From an uncultured Aliarcobacter sp. (GTDB lineage Bacteria; Campylobacterota; Campylobacteria; Campylobacterales; Arcobacteraceae): a stretch of DNA of 64,000 bases. Both the position numbers and the translations under genes were made by a program. A model generated the notes under the pieces. It saw only the letters and a list, made by a program, of their open reading frames with translations. It did not search any database and was not told the origin of the DNA. Shown one piece after another: positions 49,544 through 63,200 of this stretch (its first letter is position 1; every line of letters starts with the position of its first letter). The DNA lies in assembly GCA_963664305.2 (NCBI GenBank), contig CAXXLV010000002.1, positions 1,716,428-1,780,427 of the forward strand, in the 5' to 3' direction.

Positions 49544-51452
49544 TAAAATCTGCAATTATTTTTGCTTTTAATTTATCTTTAGTAAATCCAAACTCTTCAA
49601 ATAAATCATTTGCAGGACCTGAAGCTCCAAATGTTTCCATACCAAATACAACATCAGCATATTTGTAGTACTCTAAACCTCGAGCTGCTTCAACAGCATA
49701 TACTTTTGTTTTTGGATCAATGATTTTTTCTACATACTCTTTTGATTGTTCCATTAATAAATCAAAACAAGGAACTGAAACAACATTTGCAATAATTCCT
49801 TCTTCTTCTAATGAACAAGCAGTTTGTAAAGCAAGCATTAATTCACTTCCAGATGCCATGATAGTGATGTTTGCATTTTCTCTTTGTTTTAATAAATAAG
49901 CTCCATTTGAAACATTTCCATAAGCTCTTTCATCTTTTAATACTTTTAAACCTTGTCTTGAGCAAACAAATGCTGTTGGTGCTTTCATTTTAAGTGCTAC
50001 TTTCCAAGCTTCAATATTTTCACTAGCATCTGCTGGTCTAAATGTATAGAAATTTGGTAATGCTCTAAATTGTGATAAATGCTCAATTGGTTGGTGTGTT
50101 GGTCCATCTTCACCTACTCCAATAGAGTCATGTGTCCAAATAAAGTGTTGTGGAATACCTGCAAGTGCCGCTATTCTTGCAGCTGGTTTTAAATAATCAC
50201 TAAATACAAAGAATGTTGCAGAATAAACTCTAAATAATCCATATAAATTCATCGCGTTTGTAATTGCAGCCATTGCATGTTCTTTAATACCAAAGTGAAT
50301 ATTTCTTCCATTTGGAAAATCACCCATATCTTTTAATTCAGTTTTATTTGATGGAGCTAAGTCAGCACTTCCACCTAAAAATCCTGGAATTGCTTTAGCA
50401 ATTGCATTTAAGATTTTGTGATTTGAATCTCTTGTTGCAACACTTGAATCAACTTCAAAAGTTGGGTAAACAACAGAATCAAAATCTGGATTTTGTAACT
50501 CAGCAATTTTTGCTTTTGTTTCAGCTGATAAAGATTCTGTCCAAGTATTTTGTGCAGTAGAACCCACTATTAATTTATCAAAAGCACCTTTTACATCAGC
50601 AGGTACAAAGAATTTCTCTTTTGGATCAAATCCAGCTTTTTCTTTTGATTTAGCAATTTCATCTTCACCTAATGGAGCTCCATGTGAATGGTGACTTCCT
50701 TCCATTGTAACTGCACCTTTTGCAATTGCCGTTTTTGCAATAATTAACACAGGTTGAGTTGCCTCTTTAGCTGCAACTAATGCTTTATCAATTTGCTCAA
50801 AATTATGTCCATCAATTTCAATTACTTCAAAATCAATAGCTTGAAATCTCTTTTTAACATTCTCATCCCATGCAATTGTAGCTTCACCTTCAATTGTAAT
50901 ATTATTTGAATCATAAATTATTACAAGATTGTCAAGTTTTTGGTGACCAGCTGTTGAAGTTGCTTCATAAGAGATACCTTCTTGTAAATCTCCATCTCCA
51001 CATAAACAATAAACTTTATGATTAATTACATCTTTTCCTAAAAGATTTTGTGCATATTTTCCAGCCATCGCGAAACCAACTGCATTTGCAATTCCTTGTC
51101 CTAAAGGTCCAGTTGTAATTTCAATTCCATGAGTATGACCATATTCTGGATGTCCTGGAGTTTTAGAGTGAGTTTGTCTGAAGTTTTTCATATCATTTAC
51201 TGATACATCAAATCCCCATAAATGTAATAATGAATATACTAAACCTGTAGCATGACCACCACTAAATACTAATCTATCTCTATTTAGCCATTTTTCATCA
51301 GCTGGGTTTACATTTAAGTGTTTACTTAACACAGTTGCAATATCAGCTAATCCCATAGGAGCACCTGGATGTCCTGAGTTTGCTTGTTGCACCATATCAG
51401 CTGCTAAAAATCTTATTGTATCTGCTTGTTTTTGTAATAATTGTTTTGACAT
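49536..51452 (-). CDS. tkt: Transketolase
   Basis: ANSGHPGAPMG, TTGPLGQG, GDGDLQEG, THDSIGVGEDGPTHQP. Confidence 0.97.
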   Translation of the reverse strand: MSKQLLQKQADTIRFLAADMVQQANSGHPGAPMGLADIATVLSKHLNVNPADEKWLNRDRLVFSGGHATGLVYSLLHLWGFDVSVNDMKNFRQTHSKTPGHPEYGHTHGIEITTGPLGQGIANAVGFAMAGKYAQNLLGKDVINHKVYCLCGDGDLQEGISYEATSTAGHQKLDNLVIIYDSNNITIEGEATIAWDENVKKRFQAIDFEVIEIDGHNFEQIDKALVAAKEATQPVLIIAKTAIAKGAVTMEGSHHSHGAPLGEDEIAKSKEKAGFDPKEKFFVPADVKGAFDKLIVGSTAQNTWTESLSAETKAKIAELQNPDFDSVVYPTFEVDSSVATRDSNHKILNAIAKAIPGFLGGSADLAPSNKTELKDMGDFPNGRNIHFGIKEHAMAAITNAMNLYGLFRVYSATFFVFSDYLKPAARIAALAGIPQHFIWTHDSIGVGEDGPTHQPIEHLSQFRALPNFYTFRPADASENIEAWKVALKMKAPTAFVCSRQGLKVLKDERAYGNVSNGAYLLKQRENANITIMASGSELMLALQTACSLEEEGIIANVVSVPCFDLLMEQSKEYVEKIIDPKTKVYAVEAARGLEYYKYADVVFGMETFGASGPANDLFEEFGFTKDKLKAKIIADFKK

Positions 51453-51536
51453 GATTTTCCTAATTTTGAGTGAAGTTTCTAAAATTTTTGTGTATTGTAT
51501 CTAATTTTGATTGAATAGAAAATGAAGTGATTTACT

Positions 51537-52337
51537 TTAGTTTTTTGGAATAGAAATCTTAAAAAAAGCACCTTTTGATGAATTCATAACACTTAATTTT
51601 CCATTCATGTTATTTTCTATGATTAATTTTGACATAAAAAGTCCAATTCCAGAACCATTTGCTTTTTGATAAGTAAAAAAAGGTTCAAATATTTTTTCTA
51701 TTGGCTCAACTCTTATCCCACCAGCATTATCTTCAACTGTTGTAATAATATTTTCATCTTCTTGAAATATTGAAATTTTTATATGTGGATTTTCTATTTT
51801 TCGCTCAACTAACGCATCTTTTGCATTATTAATTATATTTATTAAAACTTGTGAATAATCATTTTTATATCCAATTAATTCAGGATTTTTGTTCATTATA
51901 ATATCAAGATTAATATTATTTGCTTTTAATCCACCACTAATAATATTTATTGTTGAATTTATTTGTTCTAATAATTTGAATTTTATTTTTTCTTTATCTG
52001 TTGCAAAAAAGTTTTTAAAATCATCAATAGTATTTGACATATATCTTGTGATGTGATTTAATTTATCTATTGCTTCCAAAACTTCTTCTTTCTCTAAAGT
52101 TCCACCTAAAGATAACTTTGCTTCAATTGGTAAGAATAAAGAATTTATTTCCATTAAAGGTTGTCGCCATTGATGGGAAATGTTACCTAACATTTCTCCT
52201 AAAGATGCCAATTTTGCTTGTTGAAACATTAGCTTATCTTTTTCTCTATTTTTAGCTACTTCTTCTTTTATTCTTTTTTCAAGCTCTTTATTATGGTGTT
52301 CTAATTCTAAAAATTCATCTATTTTTGTTTGTCTCAT
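51537..52337 (-). CDS. Cytoplasmic sensor-less histidine kinase
   Basis: H-box EMLGNISHQWRQP, N-box NIINNAKDA, EDNAGGI, FEPFFT, GSGIGL; no TM or input domain. Confidence 0.9.
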   Translation of the reverse strand: MRQTKIDEFLELEHHNKELEKRIKEEVAKNREKDKLMFQQAKLASLGEMLGNISHQWRQPLMEINSLFLPIEAKLSLGGTLEKEEVLEAIDKLNHITRYMSNTIDDFKNFFATDKEKIKFKLLEQINSTINIISGGLKANNINLDIIMNKNPELIGYKNDYSQVLINIINNAKDALVERKIENPHIKISIFQEDENIITTVEDNAGGIRVEPIEKIFEPFFTYQKANGSGIGLFMSKLIIENNMNGKLSVMNSSKGAFFKISIPKN

Positions 52338-52351
52338 TTAACTACTTTACT

Positions 52352-52379
52352 AAATAGAAAGGTAAAAACCTTTCTATTT
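52352..52379 (-). terminator. Hairpin terminator after adhesin gene
   Basis: AAATAGAAAGGT-AAAA-ACCTTTCTATTT. Confidence 0.65.
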
Positions 52380-55300
52380 TAAATATCTGGATTTACATCA
52401 ATATCATCTTCAATTAATAATTTAACTGTAGAATTTGTTCCTGTTCCTGTATATACATTATAATTTACACCATTTAGTTGTTCTTTACCTGCATTTGCCC
52501 AGTCACTTGGAGTATCTAATTCAATAACATCTCCTAAATCACCTTTAACAACAAGTTGTTTATCATCTTGAACTAACACATCATTTAGTTCAATTTTGAT
52601 TTTATCGTTAGTAGAATTTTCCATGTTAATTACATCTACTGATTTATTTGCAGAGATAATTGAAGTTAAATCAATATCTTCACCTGAGATATTTAATGTA
52701 TTAACTACTTCTGTATTTCCTACATCAACTTTTATATTAACATCAAATGTTGTTTTATCTCCATCTTCATCACTTGCATTTACACTAAATGTTTTTGTCA
52801 TATCTGTTGTGAATTCTGATGATTTAGCATTATAATTATATTTTCCTGTATCAAAATCAAATGATAATTTTCCATCTCCATCAAGGGCAATTCCATCTGT
52901 TGGGAAATTAGATTTTGTATATTCAATACCATCAACAGTAATACTATTTATTGTAATTTTACCATCTCCACCATAGAAGTTATCCATTACATCACCAGTT
53001 AAAGTTGCAGTCACTGTAGCTAATAAAATATCTCCTAATGTTGAATCATCCGTAACCATAATTACTTTATCACTATCTTCAACTTGAATTATTTTCAATG
53101 GTGCTTCTTTTGCACCTTCTCCAACTCCAATTACATTTAATGTATCAATATTATTTTCAACATAAGTTTTCCAAGTTTTAATTATGTAATCATTGTCACT
53201 ATCAGTGTAAGATGTATTTTTATTTGGTGCACCATCTGATAAGAAATATGATACAGTATTATCTGCTTCATGTCCTGTAAAATCAACATTCATTGTTTTA
53301 GCTAATGCATTATAATAGTCTGTTCCACCTGTACTAATTCCACTAATTGAAGTTCCATTATATTTAATTGAATTTGATGTCAATGTTAATTTATTTAAAT
53401 AATCTATTGCACTATCTGCATTCATCCAACCAATATTTTTAGCTCCATCTCCAAATAGTGTTAAATTAACTTGTGTTGTACCATTTGCTTTATAAGCTTT
53501 AATTGTTTCTATCATAGAATCAACTGCTATATCAAATCTTTTTACATCATTTCCATCACTATCTTTAACTGTATTTGCCATAGATCCAGAAACATCTAAA
53601 GTAATAACTAAATTAGTTGTTGATTTTCCAAAAACAAAATTATTTGTTTCATCTATTCCATAAACTAATGCATCAGTATCAACTGTTTCTGCATAATTTA
53701 AACCATCTGCATTATCATTTGTTTCTGTTGCTCTTGCTGTTATTCCTAAATTTATATTATCTGTTTTTGTTTCAGGTACAGACATTGTAATTGTATCTGT
53801 AATTGATTTTGTTCCGGCAGGAATTGTTACACTCCAAGTATTATTTCCATTATCAGTTAATGTATAAGTATCACTTGAAAGTGTTGCACCTGTTGGAACA
53901 TTTGTAATTGTAACAGTTAATGTTTCACTTCCATCTAAATCAACCAATGCTGCACTTATATCTACTTCATAATCTACTGTTGTTGATGGAGTTGAAATAA
54001 CTTCAACACTTCCTACAGTGTGTCCATCTGCAAATATAATTCCATCTATATTATTTATATATAATGTTCCAACTATTTGAGTATGTGCTTCATCAGCATA
54101 TTGTGTGATTGTGCCATCCATTCCTGTATCACCACTATGTGCGTTTACTGTCCAACTATAGTAGCTTGAAGATTTACCTAAATATAGTGTATCAATCCCT
54201 GAACTATCATTAATTGTACCATTAATTAAATCACCTAAAATTGCGATAAAATCATTACCTCCCATAGGTTCAATTTTAGCACCACCTGAAATATCACCAT
54301 CAATTACAATTATATTATTTGCAGATGAAGTTTTTAAGAAATCATTACTATCTAAATTCTCATTAACTACAATATTTTGAGCTGATGTTTCTGTGTTATT
54401 ACCAATATTTTTTACTTCAACATATGAACCTTTATTTACTAAAATATCAGTTATATCATATGTAGTTGAACCTACTTTTACAATCAATTCTCCAGATGTT
54501 GAAGAAGATTCTATTTTAGTTACATTTATAGTTGCTGTTGGAGCATCTGCTACTGCAATTATTTCTATAGCTGTTGTATATTCATCACTAAAGTTTCCAT
54601 TGCCATCTCCAACCTCAAATTTAAGGTTTCCATCAATATCACTATTAGAAGTTGGTTCAAATATTAACTTTTCAGCTCCTATATCAGCTAAACTAATAAT
54701 TTGATCTTTATAAACTTCAATTTTTGTATCTTGAGTTATTGTAATTAAATTACCTTCTTTATCAATTATTGTTTCACCTTGTTTAACTAATAAATAAAGT
54801 TTACCACTTTCTAAATTTGGTAATTCTGTAATTTTAAATTCTTTTGTATTAACTGAAACATCACCAAAATCACTTATTTTTAATATATAAGGAGTATCTT
54901 CATTTGTAGTAATGCTATCATCAGAAGATTCTAGTACAGGTGTGAAATCAAATGTTTCTTCAACTTGATTTACTTTTTCATAATTTCCACCATTAATTGC
55001 AATCACTTTTATTACAACTTTAGATAAATCTCCTAAATCTTTGCTATCAACAGTTATTGTTGCTCTTCCCGTTGCATTTAAAGTTACATTTTCATATCTT
55101 ACGCCATTTATTTCTACTGTTGCTGTTGCAGTTCCCTGTGGTGGATAATTTTCGTCCAATTGAATATCAAATGTAACTTTTCCTCCATCTGTCGTAATAT
55201 CCGTTACGTCAGAATCTACTACTTCTTTATATACAATTTTATTAATTAAATAATCATCATCATAACTTGGAGCAGTAAATTCAACTTTATCAAATGCTAC

Positions 55301-57216
55301 TAAACCTCCATTTGAATCAGGCAATTCAAATGTATATGATAAATCAACTCTATCTGTTCCACCTTGTGCTTCTACTGATTTTATCAATTCACCATCTGGA
55401 GTATAATAATTTACTTTTGCTTTTGTATTATTTCCTCCACCTGTTACTTCTGCATATCCTACAACTTGATTATCATTTACAAATGTTACTCTTGCTGTTT
55501 CAGTATTATTTCTCCAAGCAAATGCAATATCTAAAGAATTTACTTCTTTATCAAAATCAACAATTATTTTTTCACTTTTTCCATTTCCTAGGTTTCCTAA
55601 TTCAGCAGTTGCTCCGCCTCCAGTAGTTTTACCATAAACACCAAATCCATCATGATCTGTACCTTTTATCACTGCAATTTCTTTACTATTCCCATCTGTG
55701 TCAGTAGCTGAAATAGAAATACCAGTTAAATCATCAAATTCAGTATTAACATCTATTATTTTAGGAGTAGTTACCGTTGCAGTAATAGTTATATTTATTG
55801 GATCAACATCATCATTAATTATAATTTCTGTTTTTTTATTAGTTATATCAATTTCTTTATTTGATATATCTAATATAGATACATCATATGTTGTTGTACC
55901 TTGTTTATAATAATCATCTGTTCTATTTGTTTCAACATAAACTGTTTCTCTAGGTGTATGTTCTCCAGCATAAATAGTAACTTCTTGACCATCACTTAAA
56001 GTTATTTTTAAATCTTCTTGCAATAATGTATCAATACTTATACTAACAGTACCTACTACTTTATCTCCAGTTGCTATACCACTTTCTTTTTCAGATACTG
56101 AACTTCCAACAATTGTAATTACTGGAATAGTATCATTATCTGTGATTGTTGTTGTTACTGATGATTTTGTAGAGTCTACTCTTACATCTTCTAATCCACC
56201 ATTTGTGATAGTATTAATTGTAACTGTAAAGTCCTCAGCACCCTCTGCTATGTTATCATCTATTGTTGCAATATTGAATGTTGCTGATGTTTCACCTTTT
56301 GGAATTACTACACTTGCTACTCCTGTGAAGTCTGTTCCATCAATTGCTTTACCACTATATGTAAATGTTACTGTTAAATCAGATTCTGGAGCTTGAGTTA
56401 CACTTACAGTGTATGGAGTTGTTGTATTACCTTCAACTACAGATGTTGGTCCTTCGATACTTACATATGCTGTTTGTGTATCTGGGTCTGTTGGTACTGT
56501 TTCATCTGTGATTGTTGTTGTTACTGATGATTTTGTAGAGTCTACTCTTACATCTTCTAATCCACCATTTGTGATAGTATTAATTGTAACTGTAAAGTCC
56601 TCAGCACCCTCTGCTATGTTATCATCTATTGTTGCAATATTGAATGTTGCTGATGTTTCACCTTTTGGAATTACTACACTTGCTACTCCTGTGAAGTCTG
56701 TTCCATCAATTGCTTTACCACTATATGTAAATGTTACTGTTAAATCAGATTCTGGAGCTTGAGTTACACTTACAGTGTATGGAGTTGTTGTATTACCTTC
56801 AACTACAGATGTTGGTCCTTCGATACTTACATATGCTGTTTGTGTATCTGGGTCTGTTGGTACTGTTTCATCTGTGATTGTTGTTGTTACTGATGATTTT
56901 GTAGAGTCTACTCTTACATCTTCTAATCCACCATTTGTGATAGTATTAATTGTAACTGTAAAGTCCTCAGCACCCTCTGCTATGTTATCATCTATTGTTG
57001 CAATATTGAATGTTGCTGATGTTTCACCTTTTGGAATTACTACACTTGCTACTCCTGTGAAGTCTGTTCCATCAATTGCTTTACCACTATATGTAAATGT
57101 TACTGTTAAATCAGATTCTGGAGCTTGAGTTACACTTACAGTGTATGGAGTTGTTGTATTACCTTCAACTACAGATGTTGGTCCTTCGATACTTACATAT
57201 GCTGTTTGTGTATCTG
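52379..57216 (-). CDS. C-terminal part of a giant repetitive surface adhesin (LapA/Bap-like, T1SS-type): Calx-beta/Ig repeats, cadherin-like and vWA domains; 5' end broken by an inversion junction
   Basis: About 3 copies of a 122-aa Ig/Calx-beta-like unit, TTNEDTPY cadherin-like segment, vWA MIDAS TLDVSGSM, Bap-like C-terminus LVVKGDLGD..W..VNYNVY..LLIEDDI; the ORF-track start at 57409 is antisense sequence. Confidence 0.85.
56138..57216 (-). repeat. 366-bp tandem repeat, about 2.95 copies, adhesin-sense on minus strand
   Basis: Identical units recur every 366 nt (ORF track antisense ORFs at 56409, 56775, 57141). Confidence 0.95.
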
Positions 57217-60200
57217 AGGACTTTACAGTTACAATTAATACTATCACAAATGGTGGATTAGAAGATGTAAGAGTAGACTCTACAAAATCATCAGTAACAA
57301 CAACAATCACAGATGAAACAGTACCAACAGACCCAGATACACAAACAGCATATGTAAGTATCGAAGGACCAACATCTGTAGTTGAAGGTAATACAACAAC
57401 TCCATACACTGTAAGTGTAACTCAAGCTCCAGAATCTGATTTAACAGTAACATTTACATATAGTGGTAAAGCAATTGATGGAACAGACTTCACAGGAGTA
57501 GCAAGTGTAGTAATTCCAAAAGGTGAAACATCAGCAACTTCAATATTGCAACAATAGATGATAACATAGCAGAGGGTGCTGAGGACTTTACAGTTACAAT
57601 TAATACTATCACAAATGGTGGATTAGAAGATGTAAGAGTAGACTCTACAAAATCATCAGTAACAACAACAATCACAGATGAAACAGTACCAACAGACCCA
57701 GATACACAAACAGCATATGTAAGTATCGAAGGACCAACATCTGTAGTTGAAGGTAATACAACAACTCCATACACTGTAAGTGTAACTCAAGCTCCAGAAT
57801 CTGATTTAACAGTAACATTTACATATAGTGGTAAAGCAATTGATGGAACAGACTTCACAGGAGTAGCAAGTGTAGTAATTCCAAAAGGTGAAACATCAGC
57901 AACATTCAATATTGCAACAATAGATGATAACATAGCAGAGGGTGCTGAGGACTTTACAGTTACAATTAATACTATCACAAATGGTGGATTAGAAGATGTA
58001 AGAGTAGACTCTACAAAATCATCAGTAACAACAACATTTGTCACAGATGAAACAGTACCAACAGACCCAGATACACAAACAGCATATGTAAGTATCGAAG
58101 GACCAACATCTGTAGTTGAAGGTAATACAACAACTCCATACACTGTAAGTGTAACTCAAGCTCCAGAATCTGATTTAACAGTAACATTTACATATAGTGG
58201 TAAAGCAATTGATGGAACAGACTTCACAGGAGTAGCAAGTGTAGTAATTCCAAAAGGTGAAACATCAGCAACATTCAATATTGCAACAATAGATGATAAC
58301 ATAGCAGAGGGTGCTGAGGACTTTACAGTTACAATTAATACTATCACAAATGGTGGATTAGAAGATGTAAGAGTAGACTCTACAAAATCATCAGTAACAA
58401 CAACAATCACAGATGAAACAGTACCAACAGACCCAGATACACAAACAGCATATGTAAGTATCGAAGGACCAACATCTGTAGTTGAAGGTAATACAACAAC
58501 TCCATACACTGTAAGTGTAACTCAAGCTCCAGAATCTGATTTAACAGTAACATTTACATATAGTGGTAAAGCAATTGATGGAACAGACTTCACAGGAGTA
58601 GCAAGTGTAGTAATTCCAAAAGGTGAAACATCAGCAACATTCAATATTGCAACAATAGATGATAACATAGCAGAGGGTGCTGAGGACTTTACAGTTACAA
58701 TTAATACTATCACAAATGGTGGATTAGAAGATGTAAGAGTAGACTCTACAAAATCATCAGTAACAACAACAATCACAGATGAAACAGTACCAACAGACCC
58801 AGATACACAAACAGCATATGTAAGTATCGAAGGACCAACATCTGTAGTTGAAGGTAATACAACAACTCCATACACTGTAAGTGTAACTCAAGCTCCAGAA
58901 TCTGATTTAACAGTAACATTTACATATAGTGGTAAAGCAATTGATGGAACAGACTTCACAGGAGTAGCAAGTGTAGTAATTCCAAAAGGTGAAACATCAG
59001 CAACATTCAATATTGCAACAATAGATGATAACATAGCAGAGGGTGCTGAGGACTTTACAGTTACAATTAATACTATCACAAATGGTGGATTAGAAGATGT
59101 AAGAGTAGACTCTACAAAATCATCAGTAACAACAACAATCACAGATGAAACAGTACCAACAGACCCAGATACACAAACAGCATATGTAAGTATCGAAGGA
59201 CCAACATCTGTAGTTGAAGGTAATACAACAACTCCATACACTGTAAGTGTAACTCAAGCTCCAGAATCTGATTTAACAGTAACATTTACATATAGTGGTA
59301 AAGCAATTGATGGAACAGACTTCACAGGAGTAGCAAGTGTAGTAATTCCAAAAGGTGAAACATCAGCAACATTCAATATTGCAACAATAGATGATAACAT
59401 AGCAGAGGGTGCTGAGGACTTTACAGTTACAATTAATACTATCACAAATGGTGGATTAGAAGATGTAAGAGTAGACTCTACAAAATCATCAGTAACAACA
59501 ACAATCACAGATGAAACAGTACCAACAGACCCAGATACACAAACAGCATATGTAAGTATCGAAGGACCAACATCTGTAGTTGAAGGTAATACAACAACTC
59601 CATACACTGTAAGTGTAACTCAAGCTCCAGAATCTGATTTAACAGTAACATTTACATATAGTGGTAAAGCAATTGATGGAACAGACTTCACAGGAGTAGC
59701 AAGTGTAGTAATTCCAAAAGGTGAAACATCAGCAACATTCAATATTGCAACAATAGATGATAACATAGCAGAGGGTGCTGAGGACTTTACAGTTACAATT
59801 AATACTATCACAAATGGTGGATTAGAAGATGTAAGAGTAGACTCTACAAAATCATCAGTAACAACAACAATCACAGATGAAACAGTACCAACAGACCCAG
59901 ATACACAAACAGCATATGTAAGTATCGAAGGACCAACATCTGTAGTTGAAGGTAATACAACAACTCCATACACTGTAAGTGTAACTCAAGCTCCAGAATC
60001 TGATTTAACAGTAACATTTACATATAGTGGTAAAGCAATTGATGGAACAGACTTCACAGGAGTAGCAAGTGTAGTAATTCCAAAAGGTGAAACATCAGCA
60101 ACATTCAATATTGCAACAATAGATGATAACATAGCAGAGGGTGCTGAGGACTTTACAGTTACAATTAATACTATCACAAATGGTGGATTAGAAGATGTAA

Positions 60201-63200
60201 GAGTAGACTCTACAAAATCATCAGTAACAACAACAATCACAGATGAAACAGTACCAACAGACCCAGATACACAAACAGCATATGTAAGTATCGAAGGACC
60301 AACATCTGTAGTTGAAGGTAATACAACAACTCCATACACTGTAAGTGTAACTCAAGCTCCAGAATCTGATTTAACAGTAACATTTACATATAGTGGTAAA
60401 GCAATTGATGGAACAGACTTCACAGGAGTAGCAAGTGTAGTAATTCCAAAAGGTGAAACATCAGCAACATTCAATATTGCAACAATAGATGATAACATAG
60501 CAGAGGGTGCTGAGGACTTTACAGTTACAATTAATACTATCACAAATGGTGGATTAGAAGATGTAAGAGTAGACTCTACAAAATCATCAGTAACAACAAC
60601 AATCACAGATGAAACAGTACCAACAGACCCAGATACACAAACAGCATATGTAAGTATCGAAGGACCAACATCTGTAGTTGAAGGTAATACAACAACTCCA
60701 TACACTGTAAGTGTAACTCAAGCTCCAGAATCTGATTTAACAGTAACATTTACATATAGTGGTAAAGCAATTGATGGAACAGACTTCACAGGAGTAGCAA
60801 GTGTAGTAATTCCAAAAGGTGAAACATCAGCAACATTCAATATTGCAACAATAGATGATAACATAGCAGAGGGTGCTGAGGACTTTACAGTTACAATTAA
60901 TACTATCACAAATGGTGGATTAGAAGATGTAAGAGTAGACTCTACAAAATCATCAGTAACAACAACAATCACAGATGAAACAGTACCAACAGACCCAGAT
61001 ACACAAACAGCATATGTAAGTATCGAAGGACCAACATCTGTAGTTGAAGGTAATACAACAACTCCATACACTGTAAGTGTAACTCAAGCTCCAGAATCTG
61101 ATTTAACAGTAACATTTACATATAGTGGTAAAGCAATTGATGGAACAGACTTCACAGGAGTAGCAAGTGTAGTAATTCCAAAAGGTGAAACATCAGCAAC
61201 ATTCAATATTGCAACAATAGATGATAACATAGCAGAGGGTGCTGAGGACTTTACAGTTACAATTAATACTATCACAAATGGTGGATTAGAAGATGTAAGA
61301 GTAGACTCTACAAAATCATCAGTAACAACAACAATCACAGATGAAACAGTACCAACAGACCCAGATACACAAACAGCATATGTAAGTATCGAAGGACCAA
61401 CATCTGTAGTTGAAGGTAATACAACAACTCCATACACTGTAAGTGTAACTCAAGCTCCAGAATCTGATTTAACAGTAACATTTACATATAGTGGTAAAGC
61501 AATTGATGGAACAGACTTCACAGGAGTAGCAAGTGTAGTAATTCCAAAAGGTGAAACATCAGCAACATTCAATATTGCAACAATAGATGATAACATAGCA
61601 GAGGGTGCTGAGGACTTTACAGTTACAATTAATACTATCACAAATGGTGGATTAGAAGATGTAAGAGTAGACTCTACAAAATCATCAGTAACAACAACAA
61701 TCACAGATGAAACAGTACCAACAGACCCAGATACACAAACAGCATATGTAAGTATCGAAGGACCAACATCTGTAGTTGAAGGTAATACAACAACTCCATA
61801 CACTGTAAGTGTAACTCAAGCTCCAGAATCTGATTTAACAGTAACATTTACATATAGTGGTAAAGCAATTGATGGAACAGACTTCACAGGAGTAGCAAGT
61901 GTAGTAATTCCAAAAGGTGAAACATCAGCAACATTCAATATTGCAACAATAGATGATAACATAGCAGAGGGTGCTGAGGACTTTACAGTTACAATTAATA
62001 CTATCACAAATGGTGGATTAGAAGATGTAAGAGTAGACTCTACAAAATCATCAGTAACAACAACAATCACAGATGAAACAGTACCAACAGACCCAGATAC
62101 ACAAACAGCATATGTAAGTATCGAAGGACCAACATCTGTAGTTGAAGGTAATACAACAACTCCATACACTGTAAGTGTAACTCAAGCTCCAGAATCTGAT
62201 TTAACAGTAACATTTACATATAGTGGTAAAGCAATTGATGGAACAGACTTCACAGGAGTAGCAAGTGTAGTAATTCCAAAAGGTGAAACATCAGCAACAT
62301 TCAATATTGCAACAATAGATGATAACATAGCAGAGGGTGCTGAGGACTTTACAGTTACAATTAATACTATCACAAATGGTGGATTAGAAGATGTAAGAGT
62401 AGACTCTACAAAATCATCAGTAACAACAACAATCACAGATGAAACAGTACCAACAGACCCAGATACACAAACAGCATATGTAAGTATCGAAGGACCAACA
62501 TCTGTAGTTGAAGGTAATACAACAACTCCATACACTGTAAGTGTAACTCAAGCTCCAGAATCTGATTTAACAGTAACATTTACATATAGTGGTAAAGCAA
62601 TTGATGGAACAGACTTCACAGGAGTAGCAAGTGTAGTAATTCCAAAAGGTGAAACATCAGCAACATTCAATATTGCAACAATAGATGATAACATAGCAGA
62701 GGGTGCTGAGGACTTTACAGTTACAATTAATACTATCACAAATGGTGGATTAGAAGATGTAAGAGTAGACTCTACAAAATCATCAGTAACAACAACAATC
62801 ACAGATGAAACAGTACCAACAGACCCAGATACACAAACAGCATATGTAAGTATCGAAGGACCAACATCTGTAGTTGAAGGTAATACAACAACTCCATACA
62901 CTGTAAGTGTAACTCAAGCTCCAGAATCTGATTTAACAGTAACATTTACATATAGTGGTAAAGCAATTGATGGAACAGACTTCACAGGAGTAGCAAGTGT
63001 AGTAATTCCAAAAGGTGAAACATCAGCAACATTCAATATTGCAACAATAGATGATAACATAGCAGAGGGTGCTGAGGACTTTACAGTTACAATTAATACT
63101 ATCACAAATGGTGGATTAGAAGATGTAAGAGTAGACTCTACAAAATCATCAGTAACAACAACAATCACAGATGAAACAGTACCAACAGACCCAGATACAC

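Noticed and set aside
57217..57409. ORF-track start of the 1676-aa adhesin at 57409
   Set aside because: The first ~65 codons are antisense repeat sequence beyond the inversion junction that happens to be in frame; this is not a credible N-terminus.
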